Origin: Clostridia bacterium
GTDB lineage: Bacteria > Bacillota > Clostridia > TANB77 > CAG-508
NCBI GenBank assembly: GCA_022795075.1
Contig: JAAWGB010000004.1
Span: 1-62,665, forward strand
Direction: 5' to 3'
Length of the DNA stretch: 62,665 bases
Shown: positions 10,671-21,373 of the stretch, piece after piece
How the letters are laid out: each line of letters begins with the position of its first letter
Numbering within the stretch: position 1 is the first letter of the stretch
The notes under the pieces: model-generated
Told to the model about the DNA's origin: nothing
The model's input: only the letters and a program-made list of their open reading frames with translations
Database searches by the model: none
Made by a program: the position numbers and the translations under genes

Positions 10671-11117
10671 ATGATAGCAATTGGATGCGATCATGGAGGA
10701 TATAAATTAAAAGAGGAAATTAAAAGATATTTAGAAGAAAAAGAGATAGCTTGTAAGGATTTGGGATGTATGAACGAAGAAAGAGTAGATTATCCCAATA
10801 TAGCAAAAGAAGTAGCCAAACAAGTAGAATCTAAACAATGTGAAAAAGGAATTTTAATTTGCCGTTCAGGAATAGGAATGTGCATAGTAGCCAATAAATT
10901 TAAAGGAATTAGATGTACACTTTGTCATGATGAATTTACCGCTAAATATGCAAGATTACACAATGATGGAAATGTATTAGCAATTGGTGCAGATACCGTA
11001 ACAGTAAATGAAGCTATTTGTATTTTAAGAATGTGGCTTGCTACTGAATTTGAAGGTGGAAGACATGAAGAAAGAGTAAAATTAATTAGTGAAATAGAAG
11101 AGGAAAACATGAAATAG
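10671..11117 (+). CDS. rpiB: Ribose-5-phosphate isomerase B
   Basis: [23 protein letters not shown]. Confidence 0.95.
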   Translation: MIAIGCDHGGYKLKEEIKRYLEEKEIACKDLGCMNEERVDYPNIAKEVAKQVESKQCEKGILICRSGIGMCIVANKFKGIRCTLCHDEFTAKYARLHNDGNVLAIGADTVTVNEAICILRMWLATEFEGGRHEERVKLISEIEEENMK

Positions 11118-11128
11118 GAGGCAAGCAT

Positions 11129-12364
11129 ATGTGGGGAGATATAGCCATTGCTTTTTTGCTAGCCTTTATTGTAACATTTATGGCAACACCATATACCATT
11201 AAAATAGCAAGAAAAGTAGGAGCAGTAGATGTACCAAAAGACCAAAGAAGAATGCACAAAAAAGCAATGCCTAAATTTGGAGGACCAGCTGTAATACTAG
11301 GATTTTTAGTAGCCATTATTTATTTACTAATTGTAAAAAGTTTAGAAAATAGTATTGACTTATTTGGAGCTGAGCAATATGGAATGAAATTACTAGGAAT
11401 GTTTTTAGGAATTATTATAATAGCAATCTTTTGTATATTTGATGATATAATAACCATAAAACCAATAGTAAAATTGTTAGGACAAGTATTAGGAGCAATT
11501 GTTGCAGTAGCCTTTGGAATAAGAATTGATGAAATAACACCAGCTTTTTTAGCAACCAATGAATTAAAAGAAGCATTTTCAATTATTTTAACCATTGGTT
11601 GGATTGTAGGAGTAACAAATGCTATTAATTTAATTGATGGATTAGATGGGTTGTCTGCAGGGATTTCGGTTATTTCAGCAGTATCATTATTAATTATATT
11701 TGTACTCAATGAATCACCACTTATTTCAATTTTATTAATAACAGCATTAGCAGGAGCATTAGTTGGCTTTTTACCATTTAACTTTGCACCAGCAAAAACT
11801 TTTATTGGAGATACAGGTTCTAACTTTTTAGGATTTTCGCTTTCTATTATTTCTATATTAGGAGTAGCAAAAACCTATACAGCAGCAGTTATTGTATTGC
11901 CATTATTGGCATTAGGCTTACCAATATTTGATACCATTTGGGCAATTATTAGAAGGTTAATTAAAGGAAAATCTATCAAGGCAATTTTTAAAGCAGATAA
12001 AGGACATTTACATCACATGATTGTAGCAAGGGGCTTTAGCCAAAAGCAAGCAGTTTTGATTTTATATGGTATTGCAGCGACTTTTGGATTATTTGCTATT
12101 ATTACATTAGAAAGTGGAATTTGGAAAGCATTGTCTTTTTTATTAATGGTGATTGTTGCACTAGGACTGGGATATAAAAATTTTCAATCTGAAAGGTTTG
12201 AGTCACAAAGATATGAGTGTGTGGAGTGTAAATATATTTATAATCCCAAAACAGGAAATGAGAAGGCAGGAATTAAGGCAGGAACAGAGTTTGAGGATTT
12301 ACCAGATAATTGGGTTTGCCCAGTTTGCGGAGAAGGAAAAGATATGTTTCAAATTCATAGATAA
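11129..12364 (+). CDS. WecA/TagO (MraY-like GT4) undecaprenyl-P GlcNAc-1-P transferase fused to a C-terminal rubredoxin
   Basis: [23 protein letters not shown] motifs; C-terminal CVEC...[11 protein letters not shown]. Confidence 0.88.
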   Translation: MWGDIAIAFLLAFIVTFMATPYTIKIARKVGAVDVPKDQRRMHKKAMPKFGGPAVILGFLVAIIYLLIVKSLENSIDLFGAEQYGMKLLGMFLGIIIIAIFCIFDDIITIKPIVKLLGQVLGAIVAVAFGIRIDEITPAFLATNELKEAFSIILTIGWIVGVTNAINLIDGLDGLSAGISVISAVSLLIIFVLNESPLISILLITALAGALVGFLPFNFAPAKTFIGDTGSNFLGFSLSIISILGVAKTYTAAVIVLPLLALGLPIFDTIWAIIRRLIKGKSIKAIFKADKGHLHHMIVARGFSQKQAVLILYGIAATFGLFAIITLESGIWKALSFLLMVIVALGLGYKNFQSERFESQRYECVECKYIYNPKTGNEKAGIKAGTEFEDLPDNWVCPVCGEGKDMFQIHR

Positions 12365-12442
12365 ACAAGAAAGAAGTTACAGTTTATGTAACTTCTTTTC
12401 TTGTAAATGGTATAAATAAAAGGAAAATTAAGATTACGTTAA

Positions 12443-12471
12443 TTGACAATAAACTTTAGTAGTGATATAAT
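12443..12471 (+). promoter_or_regulatory. Consensus sigmaA promoter
   Basis: TTGACA-17 nt-TATAAT. Confidence 0.85.
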
Positions 12472-12530
12472 TTAAATGTTATAATATATTACAAGTAACA
12501 TAAATTAAGATAAAAGAAGGGATATTTTAT

Positions 12531-13178
12531 ATGGAACCAAAAGTTAGTGTACTTATACCAGCATTTAATGAAGAACAAAATATAGCAAATGTAATAGCCA
12601 AATCAAAAAAATGTAAGTATGTTAAAGAAGTTATAGTAATAAATAATAAAAGCATAGATAAAACAGAAGAAATTGCTAAAAGGGAAGGTGCTAGAGTCTT
12701 AAGATGTGAAAAGCAAGGAAAAGGTTATGCTATGGAAGAAGGAATAAAAAATTCGTTATATGATATTATTGTTTTTTTAGACGCAGATATTGCAGATTAT
12801 ACAGAAGATGTAATTGATAGATTAGTAAAACCAATTATTGAAAGAAATATAGATTTTGTAAAAGCGACATTTGATAGAGAAGGCGGGAGAGTTACAGAAT
12901 TAGTAGCAAAACCTTTATTGAAAATATTGTTTCCCAAAATGAAAAATTACCAACAGCCACTTAGTGGAATGATTGCTGGAAAAAAAAGTAGTTTCGAAAA
13001 AATAGAATTTGAAAAAGATTATGGAGTAGACATAGGAATTTTATTAGATATTATTAAAAATGATAAAACGGTAGAGGAAGCGTATTTAGGAAAATTGAAA
13101 AATATATCAAAAGATTGGAAATCGTTAGAGAAGATGTCAACAGAAGTTATGACTGCAATTTTAAAAAGGAAAGAATAA
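12531..13178 (+). CDS. GT2 glycosyltransferase, glucosyl-3-phosphoglycerate synthase-like
   Basis: VLIPAFNEE, GKG.AM, FLDAD, GGRVTELVAKPLL, QPLSGMIAG, YGVDIGILLD. Confidence 0.75.
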   Translation: MEPKVSVLIPAFNEEQNIANVIAKSKKCKYVKEVIVINNKSIDKTEEIAKREGARVLRCEKQGKGYAMEEGIKNSLYDIIVFLDADIADYTEDVIDRLVKPIIERNIDFVKATFDREGGRVTELVAKPLLKILFPKMKNYQQPLSGMIAGKKSSFEKIEFEKDYGVDIGILLDIIKNDKTVEEAYLGKLKNISKDWKSLEKMSTEVMTAILKRKE

Positions 13179-13233
13179 TAAAAAACACATAATAAAAAAT
13201 GAATTGTATATTTATATTTTATTATGTGTTTTT

Positions 13234-13785
13234 TTAAACATTAATATCATAGGTTCTAAATTCACAATTGTTTAAGCTTAAAGATTGTAGATTTGTTTCT
13301 TTTGGTAAATTTTTTAAAATCAATTCCAATATTTGAACGATTCCACCATGAGTAGATAGAATGATTTTTTTATTTGGAAAATTTGTTTTTAATTCAAAAA
13401 GCAATGAAGAAATTCTTTTAAATAAATCTTGAATGGGTTCTACGTGATGTAAATTATAGTTTAAATTGTAATCTAAAAGTTTATTAATGCTACAATTAAA
13501 AGAAGAGATATCATTTAATCCTTCAAAATCACCAAAATTCCTTTCAATTAATTTTGGTTCTATTATAATATTTAAATTTTTAGATTCATTTATAATGTTA
13601 GCTGTATCAATAGCTCTTTGAAGTGGTGAAGATAAGATAAAATCTACATCAATATTTTTAAATGTTTCAGATAAATTTTTTGCTTGTTGCCTTCCAGCAT
13701 GCGTCAATAAAGTGTCAGTTCTACCTTGAAATCTTTTTTCAACATTCCAATCAGTCTGTCCATGTCGAACTACATATAATTTCAT
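13234..13785 (-). CDS. Histidine phosphatase family protein
   Basis: LYVVRHGQT, SSPLQRA, STHGG. Confidence 0.9.
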   Translation of the reverse strand: MKLYVVRHGQTDWNVEKRFQGRTDTLLTHAGRQQAKNLSETFKNIDVDFILSSPLQRAIDTANIINESKNLNIIIEPKLIERNFGDFEGLNDISSFNCSINKLLDYNLNYNLHHVEPIQDLFKRISSLLFELKTNFPNKKIILSTHGGIVQILELILKNLPKETNLQSLSLNNCEFRTYDINV

Positions 13786-13982
13786 ATTTAAAATATTCCT
13801 TCCAATATAATTTTTATAGTAACACCTAAAATATAAATTAGATATAATTTATATATGTATAGTTTATTTGATGCTCTTATATATAATATTTTAACATAAA
13901 AGAAATGAAAATAGCAAGAAAAAACTTGATATTGTAAGAAAAATGTATTAAAATGTATAAAATCAAAGAAAGGAAGAATGAG

Positions 13983-14870
13983 ATGTCAGATAAAATCATA
14001 AAATTTTTAGCACATAACCAAAAAATAGCAGTCATATGTGCCAATACCACTAACTTAGTAGAAAAAGCAAGAAAAACCCATGACCTAAGTCCAGTTGTAA
14101 CAGCAGCATTTGGAAGAATATTAACCATTACAGCCATTATGGGAGCAGAAATGAAAAGTGCAAAAGACAAACTAACTGTACAAATCAAAGGAAACGGACC
14201 AATAGAAATGATGGTAGCAACCACAAACAACTTTCCAAAAGTAAAAGGATATGTAGTAAATCCACAAGTAGATATGCCTTTAAACGAATTCGGAAAATTA
14301 GATGTAGGAGGAGCAGTTGGCTACGAAGGTTATATCAATGTTATAAAAGATATTGGATTAAAAGAACCCTATATAGGAATTTCGCCATTAACATCTGGAG
14401 AAATAGCAGATGACTTTGCTAATTATTTTGTAAGTTCCGAACAAAGAAATTCAGCAGTAGCATTAGGCGTACTAGTTGACAAAAATGGCGTAAAATCAGC
14501 AGGAGGGTATCTAATTAATCCCATGCCAGACGCTTCAGAAGAAGAAATTTCGAAAGTAGAACAAGCAATTTTTAAAGCAGGAGCCATGTCAAAAATGTTA
14601 GATGAAAAACTAACCTTGCAAGAAATTGCACAAAAAATAACAGGAGATGAGCAAGTAGAAATAATAGAAGAAAACATTACACCAATCTATCAATGTGATT
14701 GTTCAAAGGACCATATGGCAGAAGGATTAGCAACAATCGGAAAAGAAGAATTGCAGAATATTATTCAAACAGATGGACAAGCAGAATTATTGTGTCATTT
14801 TTGTAACCAAACATACCAATTTTCGAAACAAGACTTAGAGGAAATTATAAAAAATATTGACAATCAATAA
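13983..14870 (+). CDS. hslO: Hsp33 redox chaperone
   Basis: C-terminal CDCS...CHFC Zn switch; GPI..M.A, SGEIADD. Confidence 0.93.
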   Translation: MSDKIIKFLAHNQKIAVICANTTNLVEKARKTHDLSPVVTAAFGRILTITAIMGAEMKSAKDKLTVQIKGNGPIEMMVATTNNFPKVKGYVVNPQVDMPLNEFGKLDVGGAVGYEGYINVIKDIGLKEPYIGISPLTSGEIADDFANYFVSSEQRNSAVALGVLVDKNGVKSAGGYLINPMPDASEEEISKVEQAIFKAGAMSKMLDEKLTLQEIAQKITGDEQVEIIEENITPIYQCDCSKDHMAEGLATIGKEELQNIIQTDGQAELLCHFCNQTYQFSKQDLEEIIKNIDNQ

Positions 14871-14955
14871 AAAAGAAAATATAATGATAAGGATTTAAAG
14901 GGTAGCTTTAAATCCTTATTTAATGAGAAAACTAAAAAAGAAAAGGAGAAATAAA

Positions 14956-15879
14956 ATGGAAAATGAGGTATTGATATTTGGACATAAAAATCCAGACACA
15001 GATTCAATCTGTTCAAGCATGGTACAAGAAACGTTAAATAAAAAAACTGGATGGAAGGCAAAAGCAGTGAGATTAGGAAAGATAAACAAAGAAACACAAT
15101 TTGTTTTAGATTTTATAAAAGAAGAAGCACCAAAATTAATCGAAAAAGTAGAAGAAGGACAAGAGGTAATACTAGTAGACCATAATGAATTTAGTCAAAG
15201 CATAGAAGGAATTGAAAAAGCAACTATACGCATGGTAACAGACCACCATAAAATAGCAAATTTCGAAACATCAGAACCATTATATTACATAGCAAAACCA
15301 TATGGTTGTACAGCAACAATTTTATATGAAGAATTTAAAACATTTAATTGTAAAATTGAAAAAAGAGAAGCAATTTTAATGGCAAGTGCCATTATATCAG
15401 ATACATTATTATTAAAATCACCACCAACAACAAGATTTGATAAAGAAGCATTAGAACAATTGGCTCCAATAGCAGGTATTGATATAAATGAATATGGCTT
15501 AAAAATGTTAAAAGCAGGAACTGATTTAGACGATTTTTCACCAAAAGAATTAACCAATATAGATGCCAAAGTATTTGAAAAAGAAGGAACAAAATTTGAA
15601 ATAGCACAAGTAAACACCGTTAGTATTGAAGATGTATTAAAAAGAGAAAATGAATTAAAAGCAGTTATCAATCAAACGATTGAAGAAAAAGGATTAAGTT
15701 TATTTGTATTAGCCATTACAGACATTTTAAATAGCAATTCAGAAATCATAGCATTAGGAGAAAAAACAGGAGTTATAAAAGTAGCTTTTGGAAAAGAATT
15801 AGAAAACGACAAAGCCTTTTTAGAAGGAGTTGTCTCAAGAAAAAAACAAATATTACCCAACATTGACAAAAACATTTAA
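14956..15879 (+). CDS. ppaC: Mn-dependent inorganic pyrophosphatase (family II)
   Basis: FGHKNPDTDS, LVDHNE, DHH, VSRKKQI. Confidence 0.95.
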   Translation: MENEVLIFGHKNPDTDSICSSMVQETLNKKTGWKAKAVRLGKINKETQFVLDFIKEEAPKLIEKVEEGQEVILVDHNEFSQSIEGIEKATIRMVTDHHKIANFETSEPLYYIAKPYGCTATILYEEFKTFNCKIEKREAILMASAIISDTLLLKSPPTTRFDKEALEQLAPIAGIDINEYGLKMLKAGTDLDDFSPKELTNIDAKVFEKEGTKFEIAQVNTVSIEDVLKRENELKAVINQTIEEKGLSLFVLAITDILNSNSEIIALGEKTGVIKVAFGKELENDKAFLEGVVSRKKQILPNIDKNI

Positions 15880-15923
15880 TGGTGAGTTTAGAAAATAATT
15901 AAATATCCAAACCATAATCAACA

Positions 15924-16119
15924 TTTAAAAATAAAAATATTCAAAATTAGAAAATGTTAAGATGGAAAATATTTCATAATTAGAAAATGTTAGAAAGTAT
16001 TTTAGGAGAATCTCAAAAATCCTTTTTTGAGAGGTGCCTGAAATACTTTCTTACATTTACTATTAGAAATAGTTTGACAGACTAACATTTTCTAATTTTG
16101 AATGTTTCTTATTTTTAAA
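15924..16119 (+). repeat. Long hairpin element C (dispersed hairpin family)
   Basis: Perfect 21-bp IR 15939-15959/16083-16103, inner IR 15992-16006/16037-16051, loop motifs GATGGAAAATA and TAGTTTGACAGA. Confidence 0.75.
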
Positions 16120-16329
16120 GATAATATTATTATATTTAATTATATTTTAAAAACATATCAAATTTTTTTTAAAGTATTGAATATTTTAGTAATTAAATCT
16201 ATAATAAATAAGTAAAATAAATAAAGGGGAAAAATTTGAAAAATAATTACTATTTTTTTTAGGGCAAAATAGTAGTTCTTTTTTAAAACAAATACATATA
16301 TTATAAAAAGTAGAAAGGACGAAAACAGA

Positions 16330-17965
16330 ATGCCAAGAAAAGAGATAAGCCAAAAGGTTCCCAAAAAAGAGACCTTTATGCAAGGCGTTATTACCTTGAT
16401 TTTTTCACAAGTGCTTATAAAATTATTGGGTTTAATATATACGTTATATCTAACTAACAGAGAAGGATTTGGCGACAAAGGAAATGGAATTGTATCAGCT
16501 GGTTATCAAATTTATGCCATGTTATTAACAGTATCGTCAATAGGAGTGCCAAATGCAATTTCAAAATTAGTATCAGAAAGAATTGCAGTAGGAGACCATA
16601 AGGGTGGATATAGAATTTTTAAAATTGCTTTTGCAACATTTGCTATGATTGGGTTAGTAGGAAGTTTATTGTTATTTTTAGGTGCTCATATGATAGCTAA
16701 TTTGTGGTTACAAATACCAGAAGCGGAAATGACATTAGTAGCACTATCGCCTGCCATCTTTTTTGTAGCCATATCTTCTGTTATGAGAGGCTATTTTAAT
16801 GCTAGACAAAGTATTAAGGCAACTGCTAGGTCACAAAGTTTAGAACAGGTATTTAAAACAACATTAACCATTATATTAGTAGAAATAATTGCTATTTTGT
16901 CCAAAGCATCTACCGAATGGATGGCAGCAGGAGCAACACTTGCTACAACACTTGCAACTTTTGCAGGATTTGGCTATTTGTATTTGTTCTATCGAACAAG
17001 AAGTAAAGAAATTGCAAGAGAAATTAGGTCAACAGTTAATTATAAATATGAAAGAGTAAAAACAATTATAAAAAGAATTTTAATGGTTTCTATTCCAATT
17101 GCATTAACAGCTATTATGTCTTCTCTCAATAAAAATATTGACTCTTTTACAGTAGTAAGAAGTTTAAAACAATTTATGTCAGAAGATATGGCAATTTCAC
17201 AATATGGAATATTAGGTGGAAAGGTAGATATGCTAACGAGTTTGCCATTATCCATTAATGTAGCATTTGCAACTGCTTTAGTACCAGCAATATCTGCTGC
17301 TAAAGCCAAAAAGGATAAAAAGACCATTACACAAAAAACATCATTTTCGTTATTGACATCGATGTTAATAGGACTTCCTTGTACAGTTGGAATGTGCTTG
17401 TTTGCAGGACCGATTCTTAATTTATTGTTTCCCAATGCTAGTTCAGGGGAAGTAATTTTACAAATTAGTTCATTAACGATTATTTTTACCATATTAGATC
17501 AAACAATAAATGGTGTTTTACAAGGATATGGAAAATTAATGGTGCCAGCAGTTTCGTTAGGGTGCCGGTGTAATCATAAAATTAATTCTTAATTTGGTTT
17601 TGGTACCAATTCCAGAAATTGGTGTAAATGGAGCAGCTTGGGGCTCAGTTGCTTGTCACTTAGTGGCTTTTTCGATTGCGATAACGTCACTTAAAAGAAC
17701 GATAAAATTGGATTTAACATTTTCAAAATTTGTAATAAAACCTGTTATTGCTGTAACGATTATGGGAATTTGTTCATATTTTAGTTATTTAATGCTTTCT
17801 AGAATAATTGCTCAAAAATTGGCAACAATAATAGCAATCGTCATAGCAATTGTTATATATGCCTTAGCAATTGTGGCATTGAAGGTTTTCTCTAAAGAGG
17901 AAATACAAATGATGCCAGCTGGTAAAAAACTGTGCAAAGTATTGGAAAGACTAAAAATCTATTAA
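16330..17965 (+). CDS. SpoVB/MurJ-like polysaccharide flippase, split by a +1 shift at in-frame CGG 17566-17568
   Basis: Two ORFs (16330-17592, 17594-17965) join as ...SLGC-GVIIKLILNLVLVP...GVNGAAWGS when the C is skipped. Confidence 0.8.
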
Positions 17966-18087
17966 AAAAAAGTAAAAAAAAGAAGGATTTTCGGTATTTT
18001 TGGCGAATTGTTTAATTGAAGTACATTATTGCGCTTGTTCTGCAATAAAGTACATAAATTATTTAAATCTTATAGGAGGTAATTTAA

Positions 18088-18366
18088 ATGAACAAAGCTG
18101 AATTAATCGCAGCAATGGCTGCAAAAACAGGAGCTACTAAAAAAGCAGCTGAAGAATCAGTAAACGCTTTTGTAGAAGTAGTAACAGAAGCATTAAAAAA
18201 AGGAGACAAAGTTCAATTAGTTGGATTTGGATCTTTTGAAGTAAGAAAAAGAGCAGCTAGAAAAGGTAGAAACCCACAAACTAAGGAAGAAATCAAAATA
18301 CCTGCATCAAAAGCTCCAGTATTCAAAGCTGGTAAAGCATTAAAAGATTTAGTAAACAAAAAATAA
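18088..18366 (+). CDS. hup: Histone-like DNA-binding protein HU
   Basis: [31 protein letters not shown]. Confidence 0.97.
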   Translation: MNKAELIAAMAAKTGATKKAAEESVNAFVEVVTEALKKGDKVQLVGFGSFEVRKRAARKGRNPQTKEEIKIPASKAPVFKAGKALKDLVNKK

Positions 18367-18400
18367 GATATTTGTATAAAATATAAATATATGAATTCAT

Positions 18401-18430
18401 AGAAAGAAACTAGAAATAGTTTCTTTTTTT
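18401..18430 (+). terminator. Terminator after hup
   Basis: GAAAGAAACTA-GAAA-TAGTTTCTTTTTTT. Confidence 0.8.
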
Positions 18431-18516
18431 ATATTGTAGGAAAGTTCTCCTAGGGTAAGGAGGAGTTAAGAAAAACTGAAGATTTTACTAATTTTGTTTT
18501 ATATTAAAATTGCAAC

Positions 18517-18709
18517 TTGCCAACTTAAATGATTTTCCCCAAAAGAAAAACAGCTCGTTCAAGATAATTTTCAAAGAAATTCTAAATTCATTTTATGGCA
18601 CCCTTTCAAAACAAGTTTGAACATTTTCCATAAAATGAATTAAAAATTTCTATTTCAATTACTTTCAATTCGCTGTTTTTCTTTTGGGGAAAATCATTTA
18701 AGTTGGCAA
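18517..18709 (-). repeat. Long hairpin element A (193 nt)
   Basis: Perfect 38-bp IR 18517-18554/18672-18709 plus a 24-bp inner IR; core shared with 57415-57605. Confidence 0.85.
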
Positions 18710-18821
18710 ATTGGCATAGGTAAGAAAAAAATTTGGTAAAATTTTATTTTTTTTTCGACAAAACTTTACAGTATATTCCAAAAATGGTATAATTTGGAAT
18801 GATGAGAAAAGAGGAAATTGG

Positions 18822-20108
18822 ATGTCGAAAAAATATTTAGAAAAAGACGTGTTAGAAGCAGCAATGGAAAGACTAGAAATTATATTCCAGAATTTTGATA
18901 ATATCTATTTTAGTGTGAGTGGAGGAAAAGACAGCTCTGTAATGGTACAATTGGCTAATAAAGTAGCCAAAAAAATGGAAAAAAGATTTGACGTATTATT
19001 TATTGATTTAGAGGCTCAATATCGCTATACAATTGAACATATAGAAAGATTAAAACAACTATCACAAATCAGAGATTTCTATCATATAACTTTACCAATA
19101 GCATTAAGAAATGCTGTTTCAGTATTACAACCAAAGTGGATTTGTTGGGAAGAAGAAAGCAAACACCTATGGGTAAGAAATATGCCAAAAGACAGTATTA
19201 ATATTCAAAACTGTCCATTTAGCTGGTTTAAAAAGGGAGAAGAATTTGAAGAATTTATTGTTCAATTTGCAAGTTGGTATCAAGCAAAATATCAAGGAAA
19301 AGTAGCATGTGGAATAGGAATTCGAACAGATGAGAGTTTAAACAGATTTAGAACAATTGCTTTTCAAGATAAAAAACATACTTTTGAAAAACACAATTGG
19401 ACAACTAAATTAAAAATAAACGAAAAACATATTGAAGTATATAATTTTTATCCATTGTATGATTGGAAAACAGAAGACATATGGGGAGCAGTTAGTCAAT
19501 TAGATTTAGAATTTAATTATATATATGAATTAATGTATAAAAATGGAGTAAGTATCTATGAACAAAGGCTATGTCAACCATATGGAGATGACCAAAGAAA
19601 TGGATTAGATCAATTTAAAGCACTTGAATATGATACTTGGAGTAAGGTATTAAATCGAGTAAATGGCGTCAATTTTGGAAACATTTATTGTAAGACAACG
19701 GCCTTAGGAAATATCAAATCATGTAAACCAAGCTTTATGACTTGGCAAGAATATGCCGTATTTTTATTAGAAAGTGTAGGAATCTATAATAGAGACTTAA
19801 TGTTACATTATTATCGAAAAATAAAAAAATTTATGATTTGGTATAAAAACAAATATGGAATTGAACAAAAAAATATTCCAGACATAGCAGAATGTAAATT
19901 AGAAAATCAAAAAAAGGCTATCTCTTGGCGAAGAATTGCAAGAGCCATAGAAAAAAATGATTTTTATTTAAGAAGATTATCATTTGGACAAACCAAAAAT
20001 GATGACAGAGAACTAAAAGAATTAATTCATAAATGGGATAATTTATTAAACAAAAAAACAAGAACAGATGATAAAACATTACAAAAAGTGATACAAGAAA
20101 ATTGTTAA
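18822..20108 (+). CDS. PAPS-reductase-like PP-loop protein with DUF3440 (YbdN/IbrA family)
   Basis: SVSGGKDS PP-loop, GIRTDESLNR, YPLYDW, QRLCQPYGDDQR. Confidence 0.85.
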   Translation: MSKKYLEKDVLEAAMERLEIIFQNFDNIYFSVSGGKDSSVMVQLANKVAKKMEKRFDVLFIDLEAQYRYTIEHIERLKQLSQIRDFYHITLPIALRNAVSVLQPKWICWEEESKHLWVRNMPKDSINIQNCPFSWFKKGEEFEEFIVQFASWYQAKYQGKVACGIGIRTDESLNRFRTIAFQDKKHTFEKHNWTTKLKINEKHIEVYNFYPLYDWKTEDIWGAVSQLDLEFNYIYELMYKNGVSIYEQRLCQPYGDDQRNGLDQFKALEYDTWSKVLNRVNGVNFGNIYCKTTALGNIKSCKPSFMTWQEYAVFLLESVGIYNRDLMLHYYRKIKKFMIWYKNKYGIEQKNIPDIAECKLENQKKAISWRRIARAIEKNDFYLRRLSFGQTKNDDRELKELIHKWDNLLNKKTRTDDKTLQKVIQENC

Positions 20109-20123
20109 TAAGGAGTAAAAAAT

Positions 20124-20510
20124 ATGGTAATAAAAATGACAAATAAGCAAGAAAAATTTTATCAATATATGGGGAAATTTTTTGGGTCAAGATTAATCGA
20201 AAAACAGACCAATGACAGAATTTATGATGATGATAACAAAGAATGGTATATCTATTTAGAAGAAGAAAGAGTGATGGCATTTGTATCAGTTAATAATAAT
20301 GTAATTAAAAATGTCTATACCACAAAAGAAAAATATTTAGAAGAAATATTAATGGTAATAAAAAAAGACAATGTTATAACTTATAGCATAGTAACAAATT
20401 ATTATAAACCAATTTATGAAAAATGCGGATTTAAAGTTAGCCAAAATCAAGATTACAAAAATTTTATAACCATTTATATGGAAAAAGAAGTAGCATTGCT
20501 ATTAGATTAA
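20124..20510 (+). CDS. Putative GNAT-like protein
   Basis: WYIY..E.RVMAFVSV...IKNVY...YEKCGF pattern; between the ybdN-like and ybdM-like genes. Confidence 0.5.
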   Translation: MVIKMTNKQEKFYQYMGKFFGSRLIEKQTNDRIYDDDNKEWYIYLEEERVMAFVSVNNNVIKNVYTTKEKYLEEILMVIKKDNVITYSIVTNYYKPIYEKCGFKVSQNQDYKNFITIYMEKEVALLLD

Positions 20511-20533
20511 AACAGGAAGAAGGATAAAGAAAA

Positions 20534-21058
20534 ATGAATGAAATAGAATTTCCCGTATTAAATGTAAAAATGGTAGATATTGATAAAGTTATTGCAAATG
20601 ATTATAATCCCAATAAAGTAGCACCTCCAGAAATGCAATTATTAAAGCATTCTATTGAAGAAGATGGTTATACACAACCAATTGTAACCTATTATGATAA
20701 AGAAAGGGATATGTATATAGTAGTAGATGGATTTCACCGTTATCGTTGTGCCAAAGAATATTTTAACTTAAAAAAAATACCAATTGTAACAATTGACAAA
20801 GACTTGGAAAATCGTATGGCTAGTACCATCAGACATAATCGAGCAAGAGGAACCCATCAAATTATTGATATGTCACACATTGTTTTAACATTAACAGAAA
20901 ATGGTTGGTCTGAAAAAGAAATTTCAAAACATTTAGGAATGGAATTAGATGAAATTATTCGATTAAAACAAATAACAGGACTAAAAGAAATGTTTGCTAA
21001 TCATAAATTTAGTAAATCTTGGGAAGAATTTGAAGAAAACAGAAAAAAGAAAAATTAG
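20534..21058 (+). CDS. ParB/Srx-like protein (YbdM/IbrB family)
   Basis: ANDYNPNKVAPPEM.LL..SI.EDGYTQPIV, VDGFHRY, MASTIRHNRARG. Confidence 0.88.
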   Translation: MNEIEFPVLNVKMVDIDKVIANDYNPNKVAPPEMQLLKHSIEEDGYTQPIVTYYDKERDMYIVVDGFHRYRCAKEYFNLKKIPIVTIDKDLENRMASTIRHNRARGTHQIIDMSHIVLTLTENGWSEKEISKHLGMELDEIIRLKQITGLKEMFANHKFSKSWEEFEENRKKKN

Positions 21059-21061
21059 AAA

Positions 21062-21092
21062 ATTGCCAAAAGGGACGAACCTTTTTGGCAAT
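21062..21092. repeat. Short REP-like palindrome
   Basis: ATTGCCAAAAGG-GACGAA-CCTTTTTGGCAAT; a similar copy is at 33659-33687. Confidence 0.55.
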
Positions 21093-21373
21093 CATTGGAG
21101 TTTTAAGTTATTTTTGCAAACGATTGGTAGACAAGGGGTCGGTTGATTTTTGTTGGTATATTGAGTGTGCCCAATTTTTTAACTTTGTAAATTTATGTGA
21201 TTTTTGGTTCATTTTTGGGAATTGTGTGCCCAAATTGAGCCCAGTTATATTTAAGCTATTATGATTTTTTAGCAACCTAAGTATGCAAAATTTTTGAAAA
21301 AAATTTTGTAATGCCTTTGATTAATTAGCTTAGCATTTGATTTTATAAAAATAAATTTACGGAGGTTTTGATT

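Noticed and set aside
18752-18762. Isolated Spo0A-box-like TTCGACA (also GTCGAA near 52692)
   Set aside because: Single short matches are not distinguishable from chance without genome-wide context.
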